64,000 bases of DNA from the human T2T-CHM13v2.0 reference genome, Homo sapiens. The first letter of the stretch is position 1. The number at the start of each line of letters is the position of its first letter. Shown here piece after piece: positions 16,783 to 32,535 of this stretch. A program made the translations under genes and the position numbers. The stretch lies in NCBI RefSeq assembly GCF_009914755.1, contig NC_060942.1; one strand, given 5' to 3'. A model generated the notes under the pieces. That model was not told the DNA's origin, ran no database searches, and saw only the letters and a list, made by a program, of their open reading frames with translations.

Positions 16783-17773
16783 GGAAGTAGTTCTGTCCTG
16801 TGGGGTTCGGCATCATGCAAGTTCCCCCTGGGCTGTTCTCTGATACAGGGCACTTGCTCCACACTCTGGGAACCCAGATTAACCAGTCTGCCCTGTCACA
16901 TAGTTGAAGGAGTTGCATTTATCTTTCTGGCTCCCAATTCCTTTAAAATTACATTTGTTGCAGAACCTCCACAAGGCTAAATAAAATAAAATTACATTTG
17001 TGACCATCAGAGAACTGAAGAACTATTAACTGGCTGTTCTGGTTTTGCTGAGATCGGGCTGTTGACAGTTCCTGGTTGTCCCACAGCTACCCATGTCAGT
17101 TATCTCCACTAACATTTCCAAGAATCTTTGTAGGACAATTTCTCCACCTGCAAGGTCTTTCAAGTAAGAACTCTTCTTTCCTTTAAGGCAATTAGCCCAT
17201 TGCCAAAAGGTTTTACTGTCTTAAAGCTGGAACTATCTGAGATCTAATTCCAAGGACTTTTCTACAGCTAAGTGAGATGCCTCACACCAGTATTAGGTGA
17301 TTCTTCGTGAGGACAGAACAGAGCATTTTCATCTTGTGTTTAAAGCAATTTGTTGGCTTCGGCTCCTCACCACTTTCTATACCAGTCTCCCATTCACGTC
17401 CCTAGTAATGCCTATGCCAAAAAAAAAGAAAAAAAAGAAAAAGCTGACGGTGAAACCTACAGGTTTAAGGGCTTAAATCTCAACCTTTGTGTTAGGAGTA
17501 ACAGGAGTGTGCTGAGAGGGCAAGCAATAAAACAAGTCATACCAAAAGGCCACATTGGTCTCTCCTAAGCCCCAATCCCACTCCACTCCTGTGGCCAGTA
17601 GTCCAAACAGAAAATAACTGGAGAAGACGAGGAGGTCAAGGATCAGGAAACTAAACGTTATGTGAATTCACCAGCAAGATGTACAGAACGCTTGCGTTTA
17701 CATTGTTTTTATGGAACTAGCAGAATAAAACTGATCTATTTTAAAAATGAAAAAAAAAAAAAAACAAAAGAAA
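16783..17773 (+). pseudogene. Processed retrocopy of an unidentified transcript
   Basis: Exact 15-bp TSD GAAAACACAGTTGCC at 16768-16782 and 17774-17788, preceded by TT. AATAAA at 17724-17729, poly(A) from 17750. Interrupts an L2-like sequence. Confidence 0.8.
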
Positions 17774-17930
17774 GAAAACACAGTTGCCACTACTTGAGAG
17801 GTGGAAGGAGGAGCAGTGTCCCAGGGCAAAGTTGGGTTTCCTTAAGTAAAAAGGTGAAGGGAACCTGAAGGGAAATTCTGAGAAGAGGTTGAGCTTACAG
17901 GGAATATCATTTGCATAAATAAATACATGG

Positions 17931-18456
17931 TGTGGTAGACTCTAAAGAGGCCCCATATGATTCCCACCTCCTGGTGTTCAAGCTTTTGTGTGTTTCCTTC
18001 CCCTTCAATGTAGGTGGCGCCTGTGATTTGCTTCTGGCCAGCAATGTATGGCAAAGGTGACAGAGTATGAGTGATACTGTGTATGTGATGATGTTACATA
18101 AGATTGAAACCAGTGTCTTGCTGAGACTCTTCCCGTTGCTGGCTTCGAAGAGGCAAGCTGCCATATTGTTAGCTTCCCTATGGAGAGCACCACATGGCAA
18201 GGAACAGAGGGGGTCTCCAGCCAACAGCCTGCAAAGGACTAAGGCCCTCAGTCCTGTAGCCTGCAAGGAACTGAATGGTGCCAACAACCACATGAACTTG
18301 GAAGCAGATCCTTTGTTCCAGCCTCACTTTGTAGAGGACCCAGCTAAGCCATGCCTGGAATCCTGACTCAGAGAATCTGTAAGATCATAAATGTTTGTTG
18401 TTTTAGGCTTCTATATTTGTGGTGAGATTGTTATACAGCAATAGGTAACTAATACA
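17931..18456 (+). mobile_element. MLT1-type MaLR solo LTR
   Basis: tgtggtagac...agcaataggtaactaataca termini and internal MLT1 motifs. Confidence 0.8.
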
Positions 18457-19925
18457 GACGGAATAGAAGAAGTTTAGTTATAACAATGTCTCAATTTCTT
18501 AAAAACTTCTTCTGAGGTATATTACCTAAGATTCACATATTGATCTGTTACCAAATCATGTTTTGTAATCTATCAGCTGACAGATCTTCCTTCAGTTTTG
18601 TTGACAGAAAAGATTTGAAAACTATCTGACTTGAAAAATAATTTAATATCCATTCACTAAGGTCATTTACTTTCTCAGCATAGATACCGATTTTTGAATT
18701 GTCCCTTTTGGATTGCTGGGGAGGTTCTGCATTGATCCCATGCACCTTAGTAGTGGGTGAGAATTTTGACTTTCTTCTGTAAGGTGGGAGGACAGTTTTG
18801 AAAGGGGATGCTGTGTCCTCAGCTCCTTTCTCAAGCTGGGCAAGTTTAGAAAATAGAATATATAGCAATGGAAGATGTGGAAATGAATTCCCTTAAAACT
18901 GGTCTCCATAAACCCCAGGGGTAAGAGAACACCAGTTTGGAGCTTTAGGGGCTTTCTGGTCAAAGAGGGAATGGCCCAGGCGGTGATGTGGAGGATAGAA
19001 TGAAGCACTGAGTATGAGTGGCGAAGGCGTACGGTGGGTGTAGAGATTTTCTGGGCGACGTGACCTAAGAAATGACTTTAGAACTGGCTAATCATTGGTT
19101 TTGGAGGGACTAAAAGTAGTTCCTGGTTGGTGAAAATAAATCATTAATGCGTTTTAAATGAAAAAGAAATGCATGCGTCTTGTAAAAAATGTGAAATAAA
19201 AGAGGCATAAAGTCAAAAGCAGAGCCTATGCCTTCCCCCACCAAACAAACAGGTAACCTAGTTAACAGGTGTGTCGTAGGATTCGAAGTTCGCCTCCAGC
19301 TCCGAGAGTGCGCCTACATCTCTTCCAACAAAATCCACTCACACTTGCAACGCCTGGCAAGGCTCTTCAATATGTGATTCCTTGACTGTCCTGTGCGTCT
19401 CTCGAGTGTAAACACCTCTGGGGCTCGTGATTCGGGGCTGCCAGAAAGAGAAGGAAGGTGCCGCCAGCGTCTGTTTCTTCCCGAAGTGAACTCCTACAAC
19501 CTAGCCACCTTCTCCCCAGAGCTGTCGACTGGCTGTTGAAGGCCAATTTTTGTGCCTACGCAGGTCCTCAACACAGAACAAAACAAAAAAACAACAAAGG
19601 CCGGGCTAATAGCTATTTATAAACACTTACTGGACGCCCACTCTACGCCGAGCTCTCCCGCGCTCCTTGGATACTTTTTTGCAACGAGATGCCAATTTCC
19701 CCGGCGACCACTCCCTCAAACAGGCCTTCGCCTCCGCCCGCGCTGAGGCCCAGGCCCAGGTCCAGATTCAGAGCCGCCCGCCGGCTGGCGCTGCCCTGTA
19801 GGCGCCTGCGCAGAGCGACCCTCCCCGTCACTCGGAGCGGGAGGCGGGGGCAGCCGGGAGAAAGGAAAGCTGCGGGGGAAAAGGGCCAAACCCTGAAATT
19901 ACCCGGATGTGGTCCCCGCGCGCGC

Positions 19926-20336
19926 ATGCTCAGTGGCTTCTCGACAAGTTGGCAGCAACAACACGGCCCTGGTCGTCGTCGCCGCTGCGGTAACGGAGCG
20001 GTTTGGGTGGCGGAGCCTGCGTTCGCGCCTTCCCGCTCTCCTCGGGAGGCCCTTCCTGCTCTCCCCTAGGCTCCGCGGCCGCCCAGGGGGTGGGAGCGGG
20101 TGAGGGGAGCCAGGCGCCCAGCGAGAGAGGCCCCCCGCCGCAGGGCGGCCCGGGAGCTCGAGGCGGTCCGGCCCGCGCGGGCAGCGGCGCGGCGCTGAGG
20201 AGGGGCGGCCTGGCCGGGACGCCTCGGGGCGGGGGCCGAGGAGCTCTCCGGGCCGCCGGGGAAAGCTACGGGCCCGGTGCGTCCGCGGACCAGCAGCGCG
20301 GGAGAGCGGACTCCCCTCGCCACCGCCCGAGCCCAG
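19926..20336 (+). other. SMAD4: SMAD4 exon 1 (5' UTR, 411 nt)
   Basis: Matches my recollection of the SMAD4 mRNA 5' end (ATGCTCAGTGGCTTCTCG...). Ends at donor CCCAG|gtaacc. The exact TSS is less certain than the donor. Confidence 0.85.
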
Positions 20337-20424
20337 GTAACCGCGCCATGTCCCCTCCCCTTCCCCCGGCCGGGCCCGCGCACCCCGCCTGTGGCTTCCC
20401 CGCCCCGGGGCGGGCTCCCGACGA

Positions 20425-20446
20425 CGGCGGCGGCGGCGGCGGCGGC
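20425..20446 (+). repeat. (CGG)7 trinucleotide repeat at the start of intron 1
   Basis: Direct count. Confidence 0.95.
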
Positions 20447-22873
20447 TGGGAGCGCGCGGAATCCTCTGGGAGGGCGACCGCGGCGGCCTGACGAGCCGGG
20501 CCGGGCGGGCCGGCTGAATGCCGGGCGGCGGTGCCTCGCGTCCCTCGGGCCCCCAGCTCCGCTTGCAGCTCGTGGGAGAATCAAGTTAAACTCGGACGGG
20601 ACTCCTGCCGCGGCCGCCGCTCCTCTTTGTTGTTCTCAGTAGTTTCACGGTCGCCCCGGCTGAGCGCGTTGGGTCGGCTGGAATGTGTTGCCTTAGGGTC
20701 TAAGTGAAAGTTGTAAATTGTTTGTCTAAATTTATTTTCTCCAGCCAATTTCTGTTTTGTCTTTGTCCCCTACTTTCTCTTCCTAGTCTTGTCATGCCAG
20801 TTTACGCTTCTGGCTTTGATATGTTTACTTTTTGAGTACTGAGAGTGACAGCGGTATGCAGGACACATTCTTAGCACCTAACTGAACCCCTCCTTGCCCC
20901 CAATAAAACATGCTTCCTAATAAAAGACACAGCTGATCTTACTGTTAGCACTGCATGTACTGACAGTGAAATTGGTGTAGGGTGGAGGGCGGTGGCTCCA
21001 TCACTTGTCCCAAACTGCTGTTAGGATTTCTCAAACTAGATTTTCAAAGACACAAGTGTGTTTAGTTAACCTGAAAGGTTTATTTGCTGGTGCAGAGGCT
21101 TTAAAAAGCCCTGTTGAAGATTGATAGCTGTTTCCCTTCAAAAACCTAAGTACGTTTGTTTTTATTTAAAAAAACACATTTATTTCCCAATTAGTTTCTT
21201 AATGCATTTAGTTTTTGCACCGTAGTTTAAGGTGGAATTGCCAGTTATTTAGGAATAATAAACACAACAGGATAATAGCGGAATTACCCTGAATTGACTT
21301 TCTGCAAACATATAATCTTAGCTAATTTTTGTTAGTAACCTTTGACTTTTGCCAGAATTAGCATCCTTCTAGTCTTAGTAGCAGCTTGGTTACTCGGGTG
21401 TTTTAAGAAGTAGGTTCACTCCTTTTTGCTGGCAAAAACCATTTAGTATCAAAAAAAAAAAAATGCGTAATTTCGTAATTAGATTTAGAACAAGGCATTT
21501 GAATAATTTTTATGGTGGATTTCATAAATTACTTTTGCCATACCCTGCAGAGACTAGATAATATATATTTCAGTTGAAATCTAGGAAGTTCTAAAATGTA
21601 ACTTTTTTTTAATGCTAAGGACTTACTCTCTCTATATTGGAAAGTTCTGATATGATTAGTACATAATATTCCAAACTGTAAAATGATTAACATTTAAAAA
21701 TACGGTTTTTAAAATTAGTGTTTCTTCCATAATGCTGTCATGATTTTGTTTACTTAAATGGGTTTGTTACAGAACAAATGTAATAGAGATGGACCAAGCA
21801 TTTGTAATTCGGAGTAGCTTTAGGTCTAAAGACGATGGTGAATTATGTAGGTTTAAGTTGTTGGAATTAAAACTAAAAGCTTCTTTTGATAAAAGTCGTT
21901 ATAACATTTTGTGACTCTATTAATAGAAGTGGCTTTTTCTTTGCTTTCCAGGTTTTTGGGCGAGTTTTAAAGAAGTATTGCATCTTCGTTTTTTTTATTT
22001 TTGAAGTGGGAGTGTATGTTTCTGTTTAGGTCACTGCCTTCATTGTAAATCTTGAGTTTAGAAAAAACCAAACTGCAAATCTGTTTTTCAGACTTAATGA
22101 AAATTTGTGCCGAGAAAGTCACTTTGAAATATTTTGGAATAAGTTTTACATGAATGATTGATCTTTTATGATAGCTTTGCTGTTTGAAGCAATTCTCCCT
22201 CTACTAGGAAGCAGCAAATCTTACTTTTAAAAACCTCTGCTTCACTTTCTTAAGCTACATTTTAGTCGAGCGATTGTGTGTGAATTCTTTTTCTGTATTC
22301 CCCTTCAGTTTTTCTTTCTCCCCGCAAATTAAGGAGCGAGAATTAACCTAATTTATGCTGCCCAGTCACACTCCAGCTCTCCCACTTGGAAGCAGTTTTT
22401 TTCTGATTGAGCCAGTGTTATAGTAACATCATTAGACACTATTCTAATTGAGGTGTGAGTTACTGAGGCCTCTGCTAGGGAGGTTAACCCTACAGAATCT
22501 GTAGGGTTCATTATATTTAAACTGCATATTTCGGCTTGTCTAAATTTTTGCCTATTTTGGTGAAAACATGTTGTTTTGTCGATGTTTAAACTTAGTTCAT
22601 TTTGTCCCTCTCTAGTTCATGACTAACCATTTTTTTCATTTTTAATCCAGCGATTTTTTTAGAGTGGTTCTTTAAGCATCTTGTATTAGCCATTTCAATG
22701 GTCATTATATATGTTTGGATTTCTCTTATTTTGTTGAACTAGAAGACTGTGTGGTTACGCCCCAAAATTTTTTTTTGTCTTAAAGCCATGATGAATGGGG
22801 TGACTCTGAGGTGACCATTAATCGCGTATAAAAGTAACCTGACTAAAATGTTTTCATTGTTTTCTACAGTTAA

Positions 22874-23296
<423 letters not shown>

Positions 23297-23934
23297 TCAA
23301 ACAGTTCACAAATATATCTAGATATATTCATTTGAGCTACTTGTAGAATGATGCTGTTTGCATATATCAAGCATATGCTTGATCATAAGTCAGATTTAGA
23401 ATTTTTGGATTTTGTTTTCTCTTTCTAAAATGTGTAATTTTGGTAATGGGAAATTTGACTGAATTCCAGTTTCTCAGGAACAAGGTATTTTAGGTTGTGT
23501 CACCTTAACACTATTACCTGGTGTAATTGGCATCCGGGAACATTTGTTTTTAACTATGAGAGTGAATGAAAACTAGGGTAGTGCTTACATATGTAAAACT
23601 AAGATGGTAGGTAGTCGGATTCTTACAATTTATAAGGTTCTCATAATCTAAGCCTTGATGAGTTGCTACTGCAAATTATATTATAGATCAGATAAGTACC
23701 AAAGACCAGTTGTAAAGAGGGTCTGTTAACATTTTAATCAGTTTAAAATTGGCGGTAACAGTAAAGACCGTTCAGCCCAAAGACTGTATTTCATTATTTA
23801 TATTCCAAATGAGAATTTTTTGCAGTTTGGAAAACTTGTAAATGTGTTGAATTCATCTTTTTATTGCTTTTTTACTCCCAATGTTTAGGGCAACGGTCTT
23901 TTCTTCTCTCCTGTCTCCCTCCCTCCCTCCCTTT

Positions 23935-24557
<623 letters not shown>

Positions 24558-26588
24558 AAGTAGTTTTCAATCTTGGCTGTACTTTTAGATCCCTTGAGGA
24601 GCTTTACAAAATACTGATACCTGAATTCTAGCCCCAGAAATTATGATTTGGTTGGTCTAGGGTGCAGCCAGGTTAGCCCTCCGCAGTGATTGAGTCATTA
24701 GGGTCCTCTGACTTTTTCTTTTGAACTGTTTCACTTGTGTTAGCTTTACATTCTTTAATACAGTGTTACACACATGTACAGTGTAGCCATCTCACACATC
24801 TAACTTAACGGGTCTTTTGAAAGTATTGCCACATTTGCTTTGCTTCTGTGTCTGTCTCTTTCTTTTCTCTCCCCCTTCCTGTCACCTATTCCTTTCTCCT
24901 CTGTTTCTTTCTTCACTTTCAGTTTATTTGAACTGTCTGGTAGTAAGTTTTAGGAAGCTGTATTTCCCATGATGAGAAGTTAGTATATCATCACTATTTT
25001 AAATAGGAAGTTGATTTTCTTTTAAAGTATATTCTCAAATGCTTACTTGTACTCCTTTTGGAGACTAATTACTTTAAGTCCCCAAGTTAGCATCTGAACT
25101 CCCTGTGGGCTTGGTCTGGTGGCTCACATCTATAATCTCAGCACTTCAGGAGGCTAAGGCAAGAGGATCACTTGAGCCCAGGATTTCAAGGCCAGCCTGG
25201 GCAACAAAGTGAGACCTCATCTCTAAAATAAATAAATAAATAAATAAATATAACTCCCAATGCAAATTGTCTTCTTAGGGCGTTAATCTACTTGGTAAAC
25301 CTTACATTTTCAAGCCCCCAATTAACTAGTCACTTAACTGGTTTCTGAGAGGCAGGTTGCATTGGGCTTTTTCTGTCAGGGCTTAATTAATACACTGTGA
25401 GACATTTGCTCAGCTAGGCCAGCTAGCTAGTACTTCTGTAGAGATCATCTAGGGCATGTTCAGCTCTCCATTTACATCACCTGAAGTAGTTCCCAAGTGC
25501 TGGGCTATGGAGTAGTTTCATCTCTGTCTCTGGAAGAGCTATTTAAAAAAATAAAAATATTTTTTCCCATCTGATTGCAACACACATGCTGCTTCAGAAT
25601 GGGAATGGAGTGGAGGAGGCATGGGAATCTGTGTTATTTTTAAAAAGTGCCTCTTGATTCTAAAGGTTTTGTTTATTTTGGTATGCTTATCCTTACTGCT
25701 TTATTTATCTATTTTTTAGAGACAGGTTGCCCAGGATGGAGTGCAGTAACATCATCATAGCCCTCTATAACCTTCAACTTCTGGGTTCAAGAGATCTTGC
25801 CTCAGCCTCCAGAGTAGCTAGGACTACAGGCCGGCACCACCACGCCTGGCTGATTTTTTTAAAACTGTTTTGTAGAAATGGGGGGGCGGGGGTCTTGCTT
25901 TGTTGCCCAGGCTAGCCAAATCTTATTTATGATTTAAAACTAGGAATGCTACCGAATATATATTTTTATAGTAAGGTATTATTTCTGTATGTTAATATGG
26001 ATGAATGTATGCTACTCAGGTCTTTTCAAGTCAAAATGTATTTCTAAATATAAGATGAATTAAGGATATTTGTCAGTGATATTCACTAGTGAATTCTAGA
26101 GCATATGTTATCAGTAGATGGGCAGTCCTTGTAAAAATTGAATAATCTAGTGAAAGGATGACCGGAAATAATATTTAATGGGGTAAGCTAAGCCAGGAAT
26201 CATTGTACATAAACACATTAGGTGTGTCTTACATCATAAATATGCCTACTAAAACTAGTTGAAGGAAGAATGTGTATAGATGCTGAAATAATGAAGGGGC
26301 TGGCTAATTGTAAGGAAAAATGATACAACTTCTATATAATTAGTCTTTTTAATCAGTTGCATATACTCATGATACTTAATTTGTAAAGTAAAGATTGTAG
26401 ACTAGATCAATGCTTTGTAAAACTAACAGTACCTCAGACTTCCAGAGTGTTTTTTAAAGGTACAGCCCCACCCTTGATTCTAGTTAGTGGAGCTGGCCTA
26501 ACCTGCGGGGGATTTTGATACATCCCCCTTTGAAGGAATAAGCTAGATGACTTGAAACTCTGCTTCAGTTAAAAGTTTTATGAAATGA

Positions 26589-26909
<321 letters not shown>

Positions 26910-26977
26910 GTTTTATAAAATGTATTTTTCAGTTATCAGTTATTAAAATTCAGTTTGGTTTCCACCATCTTTTAAAA

Positions 26978-28873
<1,896 letters not shown>

Positions 28874-29859
28874 TTTTAAAGTAACTATTTCTATGCATTA
28901 TCGACTAAATTACTGATTGATTGAATTGTTTTTATGGTTTGTACTATATTGCTGTTATTTCTAAGGACGTTAGTCATTCAGTTTCTGTTCAGTTATCAGG
29001 GAACATGTAAGAGTCAGACTTAAGTAAAAAGGGGAATTCATTGGCTTGGTCTGGAGATAGAGCTGACCTCAGATTGCTATATCCAGGGTTTCAAGCAGCA
29101 TCACCAGGACTCTTGACTTTGCTTTCTTTCTGTTTCTCAGGTAGTTTGCAGGCTAACTATCCCCAGCTTCAAGGAAGCATGAAGAGGGCCTTCCCCCCCC
29201 CACCCCCCCACCCCCCCACCCCCCGTAGTTCCATCGGAAGTGCTAGAGCTATGTCACTTGCCTGCCTTGCGTTCTTTTTCATCAGAAACAACACTGTGGC
29301 CAGGGGGTGGCTCTGGTTAGTCTGGGAATTGTCCCACCTGGCCAGATGGGGAGATTCTCCTTGGAAAATCAGACTGCTGTTTTACAAATGGAGAAATACA
29401 TGCTGGTACACAAAAACTGATGTCCACCTATAGTACTTTGTTATTTCTTCTTTTAACAGCCTTTAATTTATTAATCCAAAAAGGGTAATTTTTAAATAAG
29501 ATCATTTAAACTGAAGGTGGCATACCAAAATGACATTTAAGACACATAGGTAAACAAGAAGCATACATCTCGATTTGTCCTTTGTCATTCATCTTAAAAG
29601 TTAAAAAAAAACTTTTTGTTGCTTTTATTGCTGTATAAATGTGCTCTTGGAAGTTCGCCAACTGCCCTCAGTTTGAAGAACCTCAACTTGCTGTCTAGGA
29701 TTTAGTCTTTAGCTTGTGCTGCAGACAGTTGCACTAACCGTGAACACCTTTTTTTCCTGTTGGTAAACCTAAGTTTAGAGTTTATTCCTAGTAATAACAT
29801 TGATATATTACCAGGCCCAGCTTTTTTCTCCTCCCCTAGTTAAATTTAAGCACTTTTGC

Positions 29860-30149
<290 letters not shown>

Positions 30150-31130
30150 TTTTAAGCACTTTTCTCAAATATTCCCATAGTAAGTAGTTTATTGATCACT
30201 GATCAAAACACTTACAACTTCTAGAAAATACATGTTTGACACATATAATACAGTTAATTCAAAAGTAAACTAACATCTGAGAAAAAATGTCAACACTCCT
30301 TACCTAAAATACATGAATTTACATGAGAACCTCTCTCTGGCCAGTATTCAGCCTGTTTAATTTTAGAGAGTATCTTAATTAGTTTGGTTATTTGGCTTTC
30401 TCGTCCATTTATTAGTATACCTATGGTCAACGTCAGGTGACAGCTTACAATTAATAGCAAGGCTAGAGGAAAAACAACAGGCAGATAACAAGAATCAGCT
30501 GTCTCTTCTTGCTAACTCTTTACCTCTCATAACTCTTGACTGCATCTAATACCTGTATATGTTAGTGCCTTTCAGATAGGCCTAACTTCTCATCTCTTCA
30601 AACTCAAGATATCTAAAGCTGAATTTGTTACATACCTGCTTTTAAATTTTTTAATCATTGAGTTATCTAGAAATGGGTCGTCTTTTATTTGTCCCCCCTT
30701 TTTCACCCTTCATATTTCAGTTGGTTAAAGACTCCAGTCTTTTCTACCTAGAAATAGCTCACTGATTTCCCCCTCCCCTCCTTGGCCCATTGCCCATGCC
30801 CCAGTCTAGGATCTTACCGCTTTTCTGGTAATTGTTTCCTAACTGGTTTTCTATTTCCTTTTCCAAAGCTGTTCTCCAGGCTCTCACTGAAGTTTTCTAA
30901 TACAAATCTAATGCTGTTTTTTCTCCTCTTTCTACCATGAACCTACTCTAGACAAAGCTCTTATCCGTCTCTGCTTTTCCTCATCATTTTCCTTCAGCCT
31001 GGCAAATTCTTATTCGTATGTGGTAATCCATTAATACTATTCTACCAATATTCTGATGGCTGTCCCCTGGCACATGGTAGTATTGTGCTTCTTTGTCTCC
31101 CTCATCCCTACCTTGAAATTAGGCATGGCC

Positions 31131-31334
31131 CAGAGTTTCTTGCATTGGCACTGTTGACATTTTAGGCTGGATAATTTATTTTGCGTGTTGTCCAGTGCAT
31201 TGCAGGGTATTTAGCAGCAACCATGGCCTTTAGCCACCAGATGCCCAGTAGTATCCAGTTGTGACCATATATTGCCTCCAGATGTTGCCAAGTGTCCCCT
31301 GAGGGACAAAGTTGCCCCTGGTTGAGAACTCCTG
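31131..31334. mobile_element. MER20 hAT element
   Basis: ggcactgttgacatttt...ggataatt...gcccctggttgagaac. Confidence 0.8.
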
Positions 31335-31940
31335 GCATGGCCTTATGACTTTGGCCAGTCAAACATGAGCAGAAGTGGTAGCCTTTAAAAGAAGATATAT
31401 GAGCTGTCCTATCCCTTCTCCTGCCATTTAAGGACATATGTAGAAATGGAGCCTTTGTCAGTCTAATTTCTGAGCGATGACAGCAGTGCCCCCAGTTGAT
31501 CTGTGATGAATGTGTATTATATCCTAAGCAGAAAATAAGCTTTTGTTTTAAGCTACTGATCTTTTGGGGGTTGGTTGTCACTGCAGCATAGACTAGCCAA
31601 TCCTGACTGATACGTTGTGCCAAGACCTAGGTTACCTATGAACTTTCCATGCTCCCTCATTTATAGTCCCAAATCACTTTATACCTACTTCTTTTAGCAT
31701 TTATTACTTATGTAATAATATGTTTGGGTCTTCCAGATTAGTAGTTCTCAGTGGAGTAAGTACTGCTCTTTAAGGGATGTTGTAGAAATTTGTGGATGGG
31801 TTTGGTGGATTGGTGGCCAGGGATGCCATCCTGCAATGTGAGAGACAGCGAATAATTATCTTGCATCCCACAAGACTTTCAGATGCCCCAGAAATTCATG
31901 TAGGAGGAAAATATAATTAGCCCAGAACCTAACTCTATAA

Positions 31941-32535
<595 letters not shown>

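Larger units (their letters stand above)
19640..20680 (+). promoter_or_regulatory. SMAD4: SMAD4 CpG-island promoter
   Basis: Sharp rise in GC and CpG density around exon 1. Contains NRF1-like GCGCCTGCGC (19802-19811) and GCGCATGC (~19922-19929), ETS-like CCGGATGT (19903-19910) and GC boxes (GGGGCGGGG). Confidence 0.9.

Noticed and set aside
19926-20069. 47-aa ATG ORF at the start of exon 1
   Set aside because: The ATG sits at the presumed cap position, so efficient initiation is unlikely.
19552-20642. Long Arg/Gly/Pro/Ala-rich ORFs on both strands
   Set aside because: Expected from stop-codon scarcity in a CpG island. Only the frame that splices into the uORF was kept as a finding.
31162-31623. 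153-aa minus-strand ORF
   Set aside because: It spans MER20 and MLT-type LTR relics and has no recognisable domain.
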